From positions 17,214,606 to 17,278,605 of the forward strand of contig CM119267.1 in the NCBI GenBank assembly GCA_051294375.1: a stretch of DNA of 64,000 bases, written 5' to 3'. The notes under the pieces were generated by a model, which worked only from the letters and a program-made list of their open reading frames with translations, searched no databases and had not been told where the DNA came from. A program made the translations under genes and the position numbers. Shown in pieces: positions 50,545 through 62,910 of this stretch; position 1 is the stretch's first letter, and each line of letters begins with the position of its first letter. Source of the stretch: Paraspadella gotoi (lineage: Eukaryota; Animalia; Chaetognatha).

Positions 50545-51860
50545 CCACTCGACCTCTCCTCTCTAGATACAAGGACGGCGACGAGTCCGACGCCAAGAAG
50601 AAAGCCGCCACGAGCGCCACCTCCCCCGTCGCTTTGACGTCTACCGACGACGTTCATTACGCGGCCCCTTGGCGTCGCTCCAAACCCTGCGTCTCCGTGA
50701 GATTCTCTCGCGAGGATCAGACGCGAAGACTACGAATCGCCAACGCCCTCCAGCGGTTGTTGGAAGAGTTTCGAACGGCGCTGCGGGAAGAAGAGGATAT
50801 GTCGTCGGTTTCATCCTCCTCTTCCTCCTCCTCTTCTTCCTCCTCTTCCAAATTCCTCTCACTCGCCTCCAGCTGCCGACGCGCCGCCGACGCCGCCGAC
50901 GCGCGTCCCGAAAAAGGCGCGACGCCGCTCGACATTCACCGCCAAAAGTTCGTGGGCGAGCAACTCCGCAACACCGCCAAGCTCGCCGAGGAAATGGCCG
51001 GAGGCCCGCGCGGTGGATCGACCGGATCAAAGCTTGTCCCGGTGCCGGAAGAAGGCGAGGACGACGACGATTCGACTTCAAAATCCGGCGCCAAATCCAA
51101 AAAAATCGTCAACTCCCCCGAGATAAAATCCCAGCGTCTCTCTCGCCTGAAGGAGATTCTGGAACGACTCTCGACGATCCTCCCCGATCCTCAACACTCT
51201 CTGCCCGATGTCTTCGTCTGGATGTTGGCCGACGGAGAACGCGTCGCCTTCGCTCGTCTGCCCGCGCGTTCAATTCTCGACGCGGACGCCGAGATGGAAC
51301 GCGGGCGGCGCTGCGGTCGCGTGCAGACGCTTCTGCTGCGGCTGCCTGGTCTTGGCGGGCTGGCGGAGGACGGCCGAGCCGCGCAGGCGAGGGTTCGACT
51401 TTATCTGTGGCTGGGATTAGAAGAAAAGAGTCGACGCTGCTTGGCCGGGCTACCCGCCGGGTACAAGAGCCTCTCCTCGGGTGAAGACGAATTTCGGCCG
51501 CCGGAATCCATCGAGTACGTGGAGTTCCGAGATTACGAGCTACGAGCCTACGTTTATCAGGCGCGCAACCTGGCGGCCATGGACGAAAACGGCCTGTCCG
51601 ACCCTTACTGCCGGGTCAGCCTCGGTCAAGTAACCCGGTCGACCGAGTTCGTTCGCGAGAATCTCAACCCGATATTCAATCAATTCCTGCGGCTGAGGAG
51701 GGTGGAGCTCTGCGGCTCGGAGCAGGCCGTCGCCGCGGAGCCGCCCCTCGTCGTCACGGAGGTCATGGACCACGACAATATCGGGGCGGACGACTATTTG
51801 GGCAGGGTGAGTAAAAACAACTTTTCTGCGTGAAGAATCGAAGAATATCCTTCCTCTCTC

Positions 51861-51946
<86 letters not shown>

Positions 51947-52436
51947 CAGGTCGTCTGCGTTCCCACCGTCGGCGCCAAGCCCGAGCTCAAATGGCATCCC
52001 GTCAAGCGATGCGGCGTCGCTCGAGGCGACATCTTGGCGGCCTTCGAACTCGTCGTCGCCGACGACGCCGGCTTAGACGAGGTCGACGGCGCCGGAAAGA
52101 CGCCGCTGCCCGACTTTATCCACCCTCGCACCTCGTGGCATCGACTGGAGATCATGATGTGGGGAATTCGCGACCTCAAGACTTCGATGCTCTCCGCCTT
52201 CGTGAAGCCCAACATCGTCGTCGAGATCGGGGGACAGGCCGTCCGGTCGGAGACGCTGAGGTGTTGAGGGGGGGGTGGTGGGGATGACGGGGTATTGGGG
52301 AAGGAATTAAAAAGAAAGGGGAAGAAGAGAAAAGAAAAGAAAAGAAAGAAAAGCAAAGAAAAAAAGAAAAATTAAAGAAAAGAGAAGAAAGAAAAGAAAA
52401 GAAAATTAAAGAAAAGAAAAGAAAAGAGAAAAAACC

Positions 52437-52468
<32 letters not shown>

Positions 52469-52841
52469 TTCCCCCCCCCCACCAAAGAAACATCGCCAAA
52501 AACCCCAACTTTGAGCGGAACGGTCTCGTGCGCTGCCTCGACATTTCCCTCCCCGAAGACTCCTTCCTCCGTCCGCCTCTGACCATAAAGTGCGTCGACC
52601 AAAAGTCCTTCGGTCGCTACGACATCCTGGGAAGTCACGTGATCCCCTCGGTCGCCGAGTTCGACGTCGACTTGAAGGACGAGTTGACGGAGAGAGAGTT
52701 CGCCGCCGTCAAGGAAGCTTGGATGAAGCTCAAAGGGGGTAAGGCCTCTCTTTTCATTTTTCTCTCTTTCTTTTCCGGTCACAGCTGGTGCCACGCGGTC
52801 ACAGCCTTACAGAATCGCGGAAATAAGAAACTCGTTTTTTT

Positions 52842-52937
<96 letters not shown>

Positions 52938-55900
52938 GGAAAAACATTCCCTTTTCTCCACTGCAGTCTCTTCTAATCTCAACGCCGCCACCGGCATCAC
53001 CTTCGCCGGAAAAACGCGATATTCGGTGAAAAGGAAATCCATGCGGCGCCGCGCCGCTCCGAGTTTCGGCTCCAAAGCGGCGCCGGTCGATGAGGAACTC
53101 GAGGATCTCGATTGGTGGTCAAAATATTACGCGTCGGTTCGAGCAGAGCGCGACGACAAGAGGGACGCCGCCCATGATGACGACGACCAGGACGATGACG
53201 ACGACGAAGACAACATCGTGGAGCGGATCGCCGACAAGCTTCCGGATTCGCCGATCAAGTCTCTTGAGCATAGCGTGGATTTGGGATTTTTGAACGAAGG
53301 TTGGGGTTCGACGGGTTCCTTGTTTTTCCTTTTTTTTATTTTTATTTATTTTTTTTCGAAATCGACCATTATATTACGAGTTATTTTAAAATTACCTATT
53401 TTTTTTTACTTGATTTTACTCGCATCCAACGCCCTCACGCGACGCTAACAGCATAAATACACCGTATAATCCAATTAAGATATTTTAACTATAAAATTGT
53501 TACTTATTTATCGCACAATCAAATAACTATTAGATATGATTATTGATTGATTAGAAATAATAGTGTTAAACGTTTACAGTAAAATAATGGTAAATATATT
53601 AATAATTATTCCAAAAAAAACTACAATATGCAAATAAGATTGGTCGGTTAAATCTATTTTTTGTAAACACAGAGGTTGGTTTTATCCTTCCTTCCAGGAT
53701 TCGAAGACGACGAGAGTGACGCGGACGTCGACGCCGTCTCCGTCCGCCAACGCCTCTGCCGCCTCAAAATCTTCAAGAGCGAGTTGGAGAAGCAGCCAGA
53801 GTTCGGCGCCTTCCAAGACCTCGTCCGCGCCTTCGACCTGCGAAAGGGAAAGGGCGACGCCGATGACGACGACGACGCCTCGCGAGTCTGCGGCGTCTTC
53901 AAAGGCAACTTCAAACTCTACCGCATCCCCGAAGAGCTCGTCGGGTGGGGGGAAGGCCCCGACGGCGCCTCCACCACGTCCGCCTTGTCAAAGACTGGTC
54001 CCTTCGTTCTCCGCCCGGGCGAGAACCTGCCAGTCAACGATCCCCGCAGGGTCGTTGCCTTCGTCTACGTCCTGCGGGCGGTCGGGCTGCACGCGGCCGA
54101 CTCGTCGGGCAAGTGCGACGCCTACCCGGTAGTGCGTCTCGGGCCCGACACGCGTGACGACTCGGAAAAGGACGATTACGTCCCGAAATCGAACAATCCC
54201 ATTTTCGGGAGGCGGTTTCGATTCGAGGCGTCGCTGCCGAGAGAAGCCAAGCTGACCGTGCAGGTGAATCAAATAATTCTTCGTTGTAAGAAGTTGGTTC
54301 TATTGGTGAGATTTTTAAGTTTTTACGCTGCATTAGAATTTAGACCCAATTCATTTAATTTACACAATTCGGAATTGATTTATTGACGAAATAGACCAAA
54401 AAAACCAAAAAAAAACCAAAAAACACCGAAAAACATCCAAGTCGAACGCAAAAGCCTAACGTATCCTCGGTGTTAAACCAAAGCACACCATTGGACAACC
54501 TTTGGTACTTATCACCTTATCACCATTCAGTGAACGAGATCGTCGAAGAACGCTACGTCACATTCATCACAATGAAAGAAAGTTTAACGTCCTCGATGGT
54601 GTAGACAGTATTAGGTGCATTATGCAGAGCTTACCGCACCGCATCTACCAATGGGGCACTTCTTATTCCACCTTTCAACGGTCAGGAAGACATTCGTGAT
54701 AGGGCCTCACCAATTCTGCAACGAGTAGGACGAAATGGGATATTTTTTGTTTTCAAACGGGAAGATTTGTCTTAAATATTTACCGTTTTGTCGTATTCGG
54801 TAGCAGGTGGCCGGACAGTACCGGTTCAAAATGCCTTCGATGTCGCTACAGGGTTTGATGTAGCGTCCACTGAAAGTGTACCTTCTCCATACTTTGCTCA
54901 CGCAGTAACTCTTTAGGTCATTAAGATCGTCTGAAAAATAATTATTTTTAGCTTAGGAAACGTGAACCTTTTTTAGTGTTAACATTTTATAAATTAAAAA
55001 AAAAACTTACTGGGCGGATTGACGTACATCGAGTCGATAAATATTTGATTGAGCTCATCGATGTTGTTCGTTGCCAAGGAGACGAAGTCTTCAACGCCAA
55101 CCGACAGTGAAGAAGCCACTGTGAGAAGAGAGTGGTCTCTGCGTTACGCAACATTCTTAAACAAATTTTTATTTTAAGTTCGAACGATTTGTAAAACGAA
55201 CCTGCAACGACGATTGAACTTACGATTGCTGTTTTCCACATTATTTTTTTGGAGAAGACGTTCACCTTTTGAGTTTTAAATCGAATTCGTTTTGTGACTA
55301 GTTTTTGCCGCTTCGTGACTTACCCTAGTTATTCCAGGCCGAGTTTCGATTCTTAAGACCGGTTTTTTATATTCAGATTAAGCTATCCTCTCTCAAAACG
55401 GGACGAAAAAGGATAATTATGTTGTCCTGCCTCCTGCTGCTTCGACTGAGCACGAGTAACTCATTTTTGTCGGTCGGAACTGTATTGTTGTCTTTAAATG
55501 GATTTGCTGGTTGAACTTTGGAGCTTAGGAATTTAGGAGTAGATTAATTCAATTAGCCTATTAGGATGTACTTTTCTTGATTTGTGCAATATCGATTCGA
55601 AGAAAAATAAAAGGCTTAAACTTAATACGCGTCATTATTAAGGAAGGGGGAAAATAGTTTATTTACAGACGAAATTGAATCAAAAGTGAAACTTGAATCT
55701 CGAATTACAATGAGGGATTTATGTCGTCATCAAATGTGGTTTTTACATGTGGCACTGTAGTAGAATAATTTGTTGTTCATTACAAATGAGATAGGGTTCT
55801 TCAATCTCATTTACATAATGTAGTAGTTTAGACCATTTCTCATATCTTTTAAATTTGCCCTAAAAATGAAGAGAATGATGACGAATGATGACGAATGATG

Positions 55901-58900
55901 CGACTTTCAATTATAATATTTCAATGCAGTAAAACTGTTGCACTTCCACATCCTTTCCACATCGCCCGAACCCTCTTCTCAACACTCCCCTACCGACAGA
56001 TCTTCGATCGCAACTCTATGGTTGAGTCGGACCGTCTCGTCGGCGAAACCACTCTGGATCTCGAGGCGCGTCGCTTCACGCGCCATCGCGCCTCTTGCGG
56101 CCTCGCGCGGAAGTTCGATCTCACGGGTTACAACGCCTGGAGAGACGCCGAGCTGCCCTCGGAGATCTTGGCACGGATGTGCGATTCGCTGGGGATTGTC
56201 CCGCCGGTCTTCACGGCGGGGACGTTAAAAGTACGAAGCGTACAGAATTGTCAATAATATGAGATTATAAATATAAGATTCATTGATGTATTTACTTGCC
56301 AGTAAAATAATAATTATCAGAAATAACATAATTCTGGTAAAACTAAAAGCTCTATTTTTCCAAGACTTCTGCCTTCCCCAAAGGCGCAACGAAAGAAAAA
56401 GATTGAAAAGTAATAATTTTCACGATTTCAAAGTTATACTTTTGATTTTTTAAAAAATTATTTATTTTTAAATTTGTTCATTTATTTTTATATTAAATTA
56501 TCTATATATATTTATCTATTTATTTTTTCTTATTTATTTATTTCTCAGTTTTTTTTTTCATTTGTTTTTCTAATTTTGCCTGTTCTCTCCAGATCGGCCT
56601 CTTCTCCGTCGATTCCTCCGCCCTCTTTCCTCTCTACGGCGCTGAACGGCCCCAGCACCTCGAGGAGGATCGCCTGGCGTTGGAGGCGCTACACTCGTGG
56701 AGCGACGAGCGGCTGGGAGGGTTCCAACTCGTCCCGGAACACGTGGAGAGTCGCCCTCTTTATTTGCCTTCCAAGCCTGGGATCGAGCGCGGAAGATTGG
56801 AAATGTGGGTAAGTTCATATGTTGTTCGTTTGTTGTCACCGGGGGATTAGCTCAAATGGTAGAGCGCTCGCTTAGCATGCGAGAACTACTGGGATCGATA
56901 CCCAGATTCTCCATTGTCTTTTAATCTCTTTTGAAACGAATTGGCAGAATAGAGATAAGCATAAATCATTATGAGAATGACGTGGGATTAGCTCAAATGT
57001 TTGAGCGTTTTTTGAAAATTTATTAGAAGTTCCAAATCTTATCGAAAGATTAAAGATTAAAGTAATAAATTGTCCTATTGTTGAGTTTCCGCTATAGTAG
57101 TAAACGCTTGGTAAATGCACATTTTTTTTTTCCGGTTCGTCCAAGGTTGATACCTTCGACGCGGATCTCGGCCCGCCTCCGCCTCCGGTAGACGTGAAGC
57201 CCCGCAAACCGAAATCCTACGAGTTGAGATGCGTCGTTCTCAAAACTGAGGAGGTCGAGTTGACCGACAGCAATTTCGCGACTGGGGAGCAATCGGCCGA
57301 CATTTATGTCAAGGTGGGTCCTCGGCCCTTCATAACATTAGGGACAGGTATTTATATTTTTATCGTCGGGAAAAGATTGAAACTGAAAAAATGAATATGA
57401 TGAGGATCTTGGGGGATTAAATCTCTACCGAGTAACCTCTCGCCGATAATTTTCACATAATTAATTTCTTTCGATCGAGAAAAACTGCGACAAAACAACA
57501 ACTGACAATACGAAAGGAACCACACAGTATGTATGTATATTTGTATAACCAAAAACGAATAAGAAAAAAACCAAAAAACAACAAAAACTGAAAAAGAAAA
57601 AAACTTCTAAACCACAATAAAACAATGAAAAAAGAACAACAACACGAACAACAACAACAACAGCACAGCAACAACGACAAAACAACAGCCACGCCCACAT
57701 CCATCACCCCCTCCGCCTCCATCCAGGGATGGGTGATCGAAGACGACGTCCAATCGACGGACGTCCACTTCGCGTCCTTGACGGGCGAGGGCGACTTCAA
57801 CTGGAGATTCAAGTTTCGCTTCGATTATTCCGAGGCGGAGGAACGCGTCGTCGTCAAGAGGAAAGCGTCCGTCTTCGATCTGGACGAGACCGAGTTCAAA
57901 ACTCCCCCGCGACTCGTTTTGCAGGCAAGAGAGATTTTAACGATTTTCTCAGAGTAACATTTTTTTTATTTCTGAAATAAGATAGAAATAAGATAGATCC
58001 TTGTATTTTGATGCTAGTATTCCCCGATCTAATACTTCAGGGAGTGGTCTTTTCATACAATTGAAACATTCTTTGAATATTATACCACTTCATTGATAGG
58101 GAAGCCAGGTACTTTGGGAGTGAATAAACGAGACTCTGAGAGAGTCTTGATTGAAAGCTTGCAGGGACCTGCTATGTCATTATCTTGTAAGAGTGATGGA
58201 GGCCTTAAACCACCAAAGCCTGTCCAAAGTCAGGGGCAAGATAGCTTATTTATTAAATGAATGGATAATTTTTATATTGGTTGTACCAATTTCATAGAAT
58301 TAATTTTTTGTACTTTTTGCATTTATTTACATTAAAGATATCAAATCACAGGAAATGATCCTCATCCTTGCACTTTTTCGACTTCTCACTACTTCTCCTC
58401 TAACTCCTTTTTTTAAAAAAAAATATTTCTCTCCATCCTTTTTCTTCACGTTTTTTTTTCTGTCGTTCTCCTTCTCTCCTCGTTCCTTCTTCTCCTCCTC
58501 CTCCTCCTCCTCCTCCTTTCCAAGGTCTGGGATCTCGACGTCCTCACCGACGACTTCGTCGGCTCCGTCTCCCTCGACCTCAAACGCCTGCCGCGCCCGG
58601 CGCGGTCGGCGCGGCGCTGCGGACCGGAAATCCTCGACGGCGAGGACGCCGCCTTTGTCAATCTTTTCAAGACGCGGAGAGCGAGAGGATGGTGGCCTTT
58701 CATGGCGCCGGTAGTCGGATCGGCGCCCCGAACGGGGGCCGATTCGGTGCCGGGGACCGAGTCGGCGCCGGAAACCCCGACGGCGCCGTCGGCCAACGAA
58801 AACGGCGCTCGACGACGCCTCGTCGGAAAGATCGAAGCCGAGATCCACCTGCTCGACCTGGACGAGGCAGAACGCGGCCCAGTGGGTCTTCGGCGCGAGG

Positions 58901-59118
58901 CTCCCGAGCCCTTGGAAAAGCCCGTCAGGCCGGACATCTCCTACGCCTGGTGCATCTCGCCGCTGCGGTCTTGCGTCAAAGTGTTTTGGCCGAGATTCAA
59001 GGTTCAAATCATCGTCGGCGTCATCGTCTTCCTATTGGCCTTCTTTTTATTCCTATTCGTTTATCATTTGCCGAGGTCGTTGGCGACCAGAGCGGTCTTG
59101 GGGAACCAGGTTGGGTAG
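46515..59118 (+). CDS. OTOF: Otoferlin-type ferlin (multi-C2, FerI/FerB, no DysF seen, C-terminal TM)
   Basis: MALIVRLRRL...IKVKFRG (C2A); DDIEGNLLMP (FerI); RADGLPRMD...LVDPFVEVSFAG; PQHSLPDVFVWML (FerB); YQARNLAAMDENGLSDPY; DWWSKYYAS; TDVHFASLTGEGDFNWRF; TM IIVGVIVFLLAFFLFLFVY. Confidence 0.88.
47041..47208. mobile_element. MITE-like element with 18-bp inverted repeats around degenerate TTAGGG-like repeats
   Basis: ttttactttcgccgaccg (47041-58) vs cggtgggcgaaagtaaaa (47191-208), 17/18 complementary. The interior reads gttagggaggggttagggttaagagtggattagggttagggg. Confidence 0.6.
48504..48584 (-). ncRNA. Twister-ribozyme-like motif (type P5 permutation), possibly degenerate
   Basis: The minus strand reads GUUGGC AAA GCGA GA ACG UCCUAGGG UAA CCGC GC [CAGUGAC UGGAGGC GUCACUG] A GGG U CGA AA GC CCG CAA A GCCAAC. 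P5, P2, GA, UAA, the T2 GC/GC pair, the P3 hairpin and the L4 loop GGU-NNN-AA-GC-CC are all in the expected order. Three pairing mismatches. Confidence 0.6.
50502..50538. repeat. (CT)n microsatellite in a short ferlin intron
   Basis: Direct reading. Confidence 0.9.
51853..51946. repeat. (CT)n-rich tract running up to a ferlin 3' splice site
   Basis: Direct reading; the acceptor cag ends at 51949. Confidence 0.9.
52843..52937. repeat. (TTTC)n microsatellite in ferlin intron
   Basis: Direct reading. Confidence 0.95.
54675..55241 (-). CDS. Nested antisense gene: secreted 111-aa ShKT-like cysteine peptide
   Basis: Exons 55241-55202, 55118-55011, 54930-54784 and 54715-54675 are joined by three phase-1 GT-AG introns (83, 80, 68 nt). 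Product: MWKTAIVSSIVVAVASSLSVGVEDFVSLATNNIDELNQIFIDSMYVNPPNDLNDLKSYCVSKVWRRYTFSGRYIKPCSDIEGILNRYCPATCYRIRQNELVRPYHECLPDR*. Confidence 0.75.
56841..56913 (+). tRNA. tRNA-Ala(AGC), intronic
   Basis: GGGGGATTAGCTCAAATGGTAGAGCGCTCGCTTAGCATGCGAGAACTACTGGGATCGATACCCAGATTCTCCA folds as a cloverleaf with the G3:U70 Ala identity pair and an AGC anticodon. TTTT follows ~6 nt downstream. Confidence 0.88.
56984..57007 (+). pseudogene. Degenerate tRNA-Ala 5' fragment
   Basis: gggattagctcaaatgtttgagcg resembles the first third of the adjacent tRNA. Confidence 0.55.
57998..58295. repeat. Full unit of the ~320-bp repeat family, in a ferlin intron
   Basis: Colinear with 12446-12757 (tccttgtattttgatgct...ttggttgtaccaatttcat). 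Confidence 0.9.
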
Positions 59119-60666
59119 AAATAAAGAGAAAGAAGTGGGCTTGGCCTCGGTAGAAGGAAAGGCTTTGCTTTGCGTTTCGATACTTATATTATATTGTATT
59201 ATATCGTTTTTATGTTGTGTTAATTTTCATCGTCGGTGTGTTAATTATCTGTAAACTGTTTATTACGTTTTTATTTCCATTACTCAAAAAAGTAAGTTAG
59301 ACCAGAAATTCAATTTAGAACGAAAACAACGTCAATGAGTACGATAGGTATCTAATCATCGAGGTACGTAGGGCGGATCTGGGAATTTTTAAATTGTTTA
59401 AGAGCGTTTTGTCGGAGCGAAAAAGGGCTGACAGATGCTATCTCATCTGTTATTTCGTATTCGACATTCCAAATGGAAACTCTTCGCTTTATCCAAATGT
59501 TAGGACACAAAAAACCGTTCATGATCGAAAAGCTAAAGTGGCGCAGGTTTGGCGAAATCCGAAAAGGGAAATGTCACGAACGTTCGATGAGGCTCAACGC
59601 GATAACATTCTTTCTCTCTCTCTCTCTCTCATTCTCTCGATCTTTCCTTCTCTCATTCTCTCTCTTTGTCGCTCGATTTACTGCTATCACTTATGTCTCT
59701 TCTTCAATAGATGGAAAAATAATTTTAAAAACATGAATTTTTTTCAGGTGAGTTTTTTCCTTTCGTATTTGTTCAAAGAAATTCGAGCACAAATTAAAAA
59801 AACAAAACAATTGTAGATACTCCTACAAAGATGCTTATAGATAAGAAAGAATGGTTGCTTTTTTTTTAATTGAAATAAATAGGGAAATTTGAAATCATTC
59901 ATCGATCAATCATTATTGCTAATTACAAATCACAATAAAATTCAAACTGGCTAGATTTCCATAAATTTAAATTAAAATTAATTTTCTTGTTTTATTTTTC
60001 ATTTTCTTAAAGTCGCAAGCTTTGATTGGCTTGCTCTGGATCTCGGGAGCTATATCTAAAGAGGTAAATACTTTTTATTACATTAAATTGGATTTGTCAT
60101 TTGATTCACCATTGAGGATGTGGACAGGCGCCTAGTGGGCTGAAGATGACTATCCGCAACTTCTTTAACCCCTCGAGCAGCCATGGAATCGATCCTGAGG
60201 TTGGAACCAGACTTGAGGGTTTTCCATGCCCACCTACTGGCGTCCTCACGCTTCCCACAGTGTAGCCCGGTACCTAGTAGTCATGAGCTGATGGCTTTAG
60301 TCAATGAGCCACCGGGTGACGACTGTCATGCTTATCGGCGGGGTGAACTGAGGCAAAGCCCGACTACATGCCCCCTCGATTGTAACCCACCCTTCCAGTG
60401 AAGGGAGGGGAGCAATCTTCAGCAAGTCCAGGGCCTGAACAGCTGATTGCTGATGGCTAAACCTATGAGTTGTTCCTTTGTTTTAGAAACAAATAACAAA
60501 GTATAAACTACAAATACAATAGACGTTAATTAAATTAGTAAATTATTCTAAATTATTCAACATCTTCGAAGTGGCGATTCTGGTTTAGCCTCCATTCGTG
60601 GACAAGGAGCTCCAGGGATCAAACCCACAAGGTTTTCTGGACTCTTTTTTTTTTTTATGATCCAAG

Positions 60667-61326
60667 ATGGAAAGTGATATCCTCACCCTCAACCCCGCCG
60701 ACATCGACGAAGCGTGTCGCTACGGAAACGTGGAACACCTCGTCAAGTTGATCGACGACTTCGGGGTGCATATAGTGGCGTCGACGAGATTATCTTTGGG
60801 CGATAACGATTACAGCGTGTGTCTCTGTGTCGCGGCCGAATCCGGAACCCTCGAGGTAATTCGATGATGTTTCGTTTGACTTTTTGAGACGAAATGAAGG
60901 ATTTTAAGTGCCCAATTTATATTAAAAGTTTGAATGAAAAAAAAATTATTAAATAGATGCTGCTTCTCTTAATTTAAAAAAAACAACAAAAAAAACAAAC
61001 AATGAAACAAACAACGCTAGGTGGCGCGCCTTCTCCTCAAACACGGCGCCGACGCCAACGAGCCCCAAGCTGACGGAGTGACGCCGCTACACCTGGCCGC
61101 CGCCTACGGAAAGGCGGACGTGGCGCGTCTCCTTCTGCAAAACGGCGCCGATATCTTCTCCCGGCGCCGTCCGGACCGCGTCGTGCCGCTGCACCTGGCG
61201 GCGAGGGAGGACGAGGAGGTGTTGAGGGTGATGCTGAGGAAGATTCGGGATAACAAAGTCGGCGGGCTGGAGGAGGAAGACGCGAGGGGGTGGAAGCCTT
61301 TGACTTTCGCTATCGATGGGAGGAAA

Positions 61327-61416
<90 letters not shown>

Positions 61417-62429
61417 ATGATCAGTTAGCTATCGAGGGTAGGAAAGGTAAGATAAGTTACTTTATAGAATGTGCCTTACTCATGATTTTTCTCCTCATTT
61501 TGCTTCACAGTTTTATTTCCTGTTGCTCTTTGGTTCTTGTTTTTACATATACTTGATTACATTGCATCGCAATGCCGCCCAAAATCGGGGGCAGCGGTCG
61601 CGATAAATGATTAAAATGAGCGATGCTTCCTTGACGCCTCATTCTCTCGCTCAACTCGGCACTAAAACTCTCGGCTCCGTGGAAATAGCGCCGAGGAAAC
61701 GAGGCCGCCGGTGCTGAGGCTCAATGACGACGACGACGACGACGTTTCTAAGCAGACCCGAGACCCAGACGACGGAGATTTGCCCAGACGACGAGGTCAC
61801 ATTGTGAGGTAGAAAATAATTAGAAGTCTGGGCATAAAAAAAATTATAACTAATAAGCATTAATTTCATAATAATCTCTGAAGCCAGCATATATTATAAG
61901 TGTTCTTTTTCAAAAACCGCCAACTCTCATCAATTCATGAAAATAACTGATTTTTTAAACTACAAAAAATGTGCATAAATAGTTCTAAAAAAGCCAATCT
62001 GAAAGTTCAAAGGCCACGTTGATTCCACTTTGATAATTGGGAATCTACAATGAACCCACAATGATATCACTAACTTACCAATACCTAAGGAAGTGAGCGG
62101 ATATTGAGGCAGAGCACAACTGACAAAAGAGCATCGCTAATTATATAAAGAAATCCTTAGATTCCGGTGAGGCATTAGTCATATTTTCGAAACATACATT
62201 TTACATGACCATGAGAGGCTTTGATATTCTGTGCTGATATTTCGAGGTGACTCTGTCTTATCACTAATTGTGTATGACATTGGCCGGACTATTGGCCTTC
62301 CGCATACTACTACGAAACGACGCCGCCCGAACACCCGGAAACCGACACGGCCTCATCGGCGGCGCCGTGGGTGGCGTTGGTGGCGGCGAGCGTCTGGGCG
62401 GCGGCTATGGCGATTGGTAGAGGGAGAAT

Positions 62430-62467
<38 letters not shown>

Positions 62468-62874
62468 AGAAGAGAGAGAGAAAGAGACAGACAAAAGGTC
62501 ACTGGAATTCTATCGCCAATGACCAAAGACCTTTAGTTTAAAGGCTAAATGCGATGATGACGATGACGATGGAAACGAAGAGAAGTCAACGTTAATTATT
62601 CTTGTTGCTTATAAGTTAATCCTGAAACGATGACCTCAAACCGTTACTTACATCTTTCTTTCATTCATTCATCATTCTCTTTCTTTTCTTTCTTTCTTTC
62701 TTCTTTCTTTTCTTCTTTCTTTCTTTCTTTTTCTTTTTCTCTTTTCTTTCTTCTTTCTTTCTTTCTTTCTTTTTTCCTTTCTTTCTCTCTTCTCTCTCTT
62801 TTTTTTCTTTCTTTAATAATTTATTCTTTTTATTCATTTTCTTGTCTTTCTTTCTTCTCTTTCTTTCTTTCTTT

Positions 62875-62910
<36 letters not shown>

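Noticed and set aside
50641-51484. Long Arg-rich alternative-frame and antisense ORFs over ferlin exons (similar ones over CPD and DVL)
   Set aside because: These are shadows of GC-rich codon usage in the real frame, with no independent gene signals.
57998-58295. The ~320-bp tandem repeat as a hammerhead retrozyme
   Set aside because: I found no CUGANGA...GAAA core on either strand; the nearest match, ctgagag...gaaa, is not conserved in the other copy.
60230-60292. HDV-like ribozyme (P2 CUACUG/UAGUAG, P3 GCG/CGC, loop UCCUCA)
   Set aside because: There is no convincing 7-bp P1 partner, no J1/4 GG and no J4/2 C-x-A. It is kept only as part of the structured-island finding.
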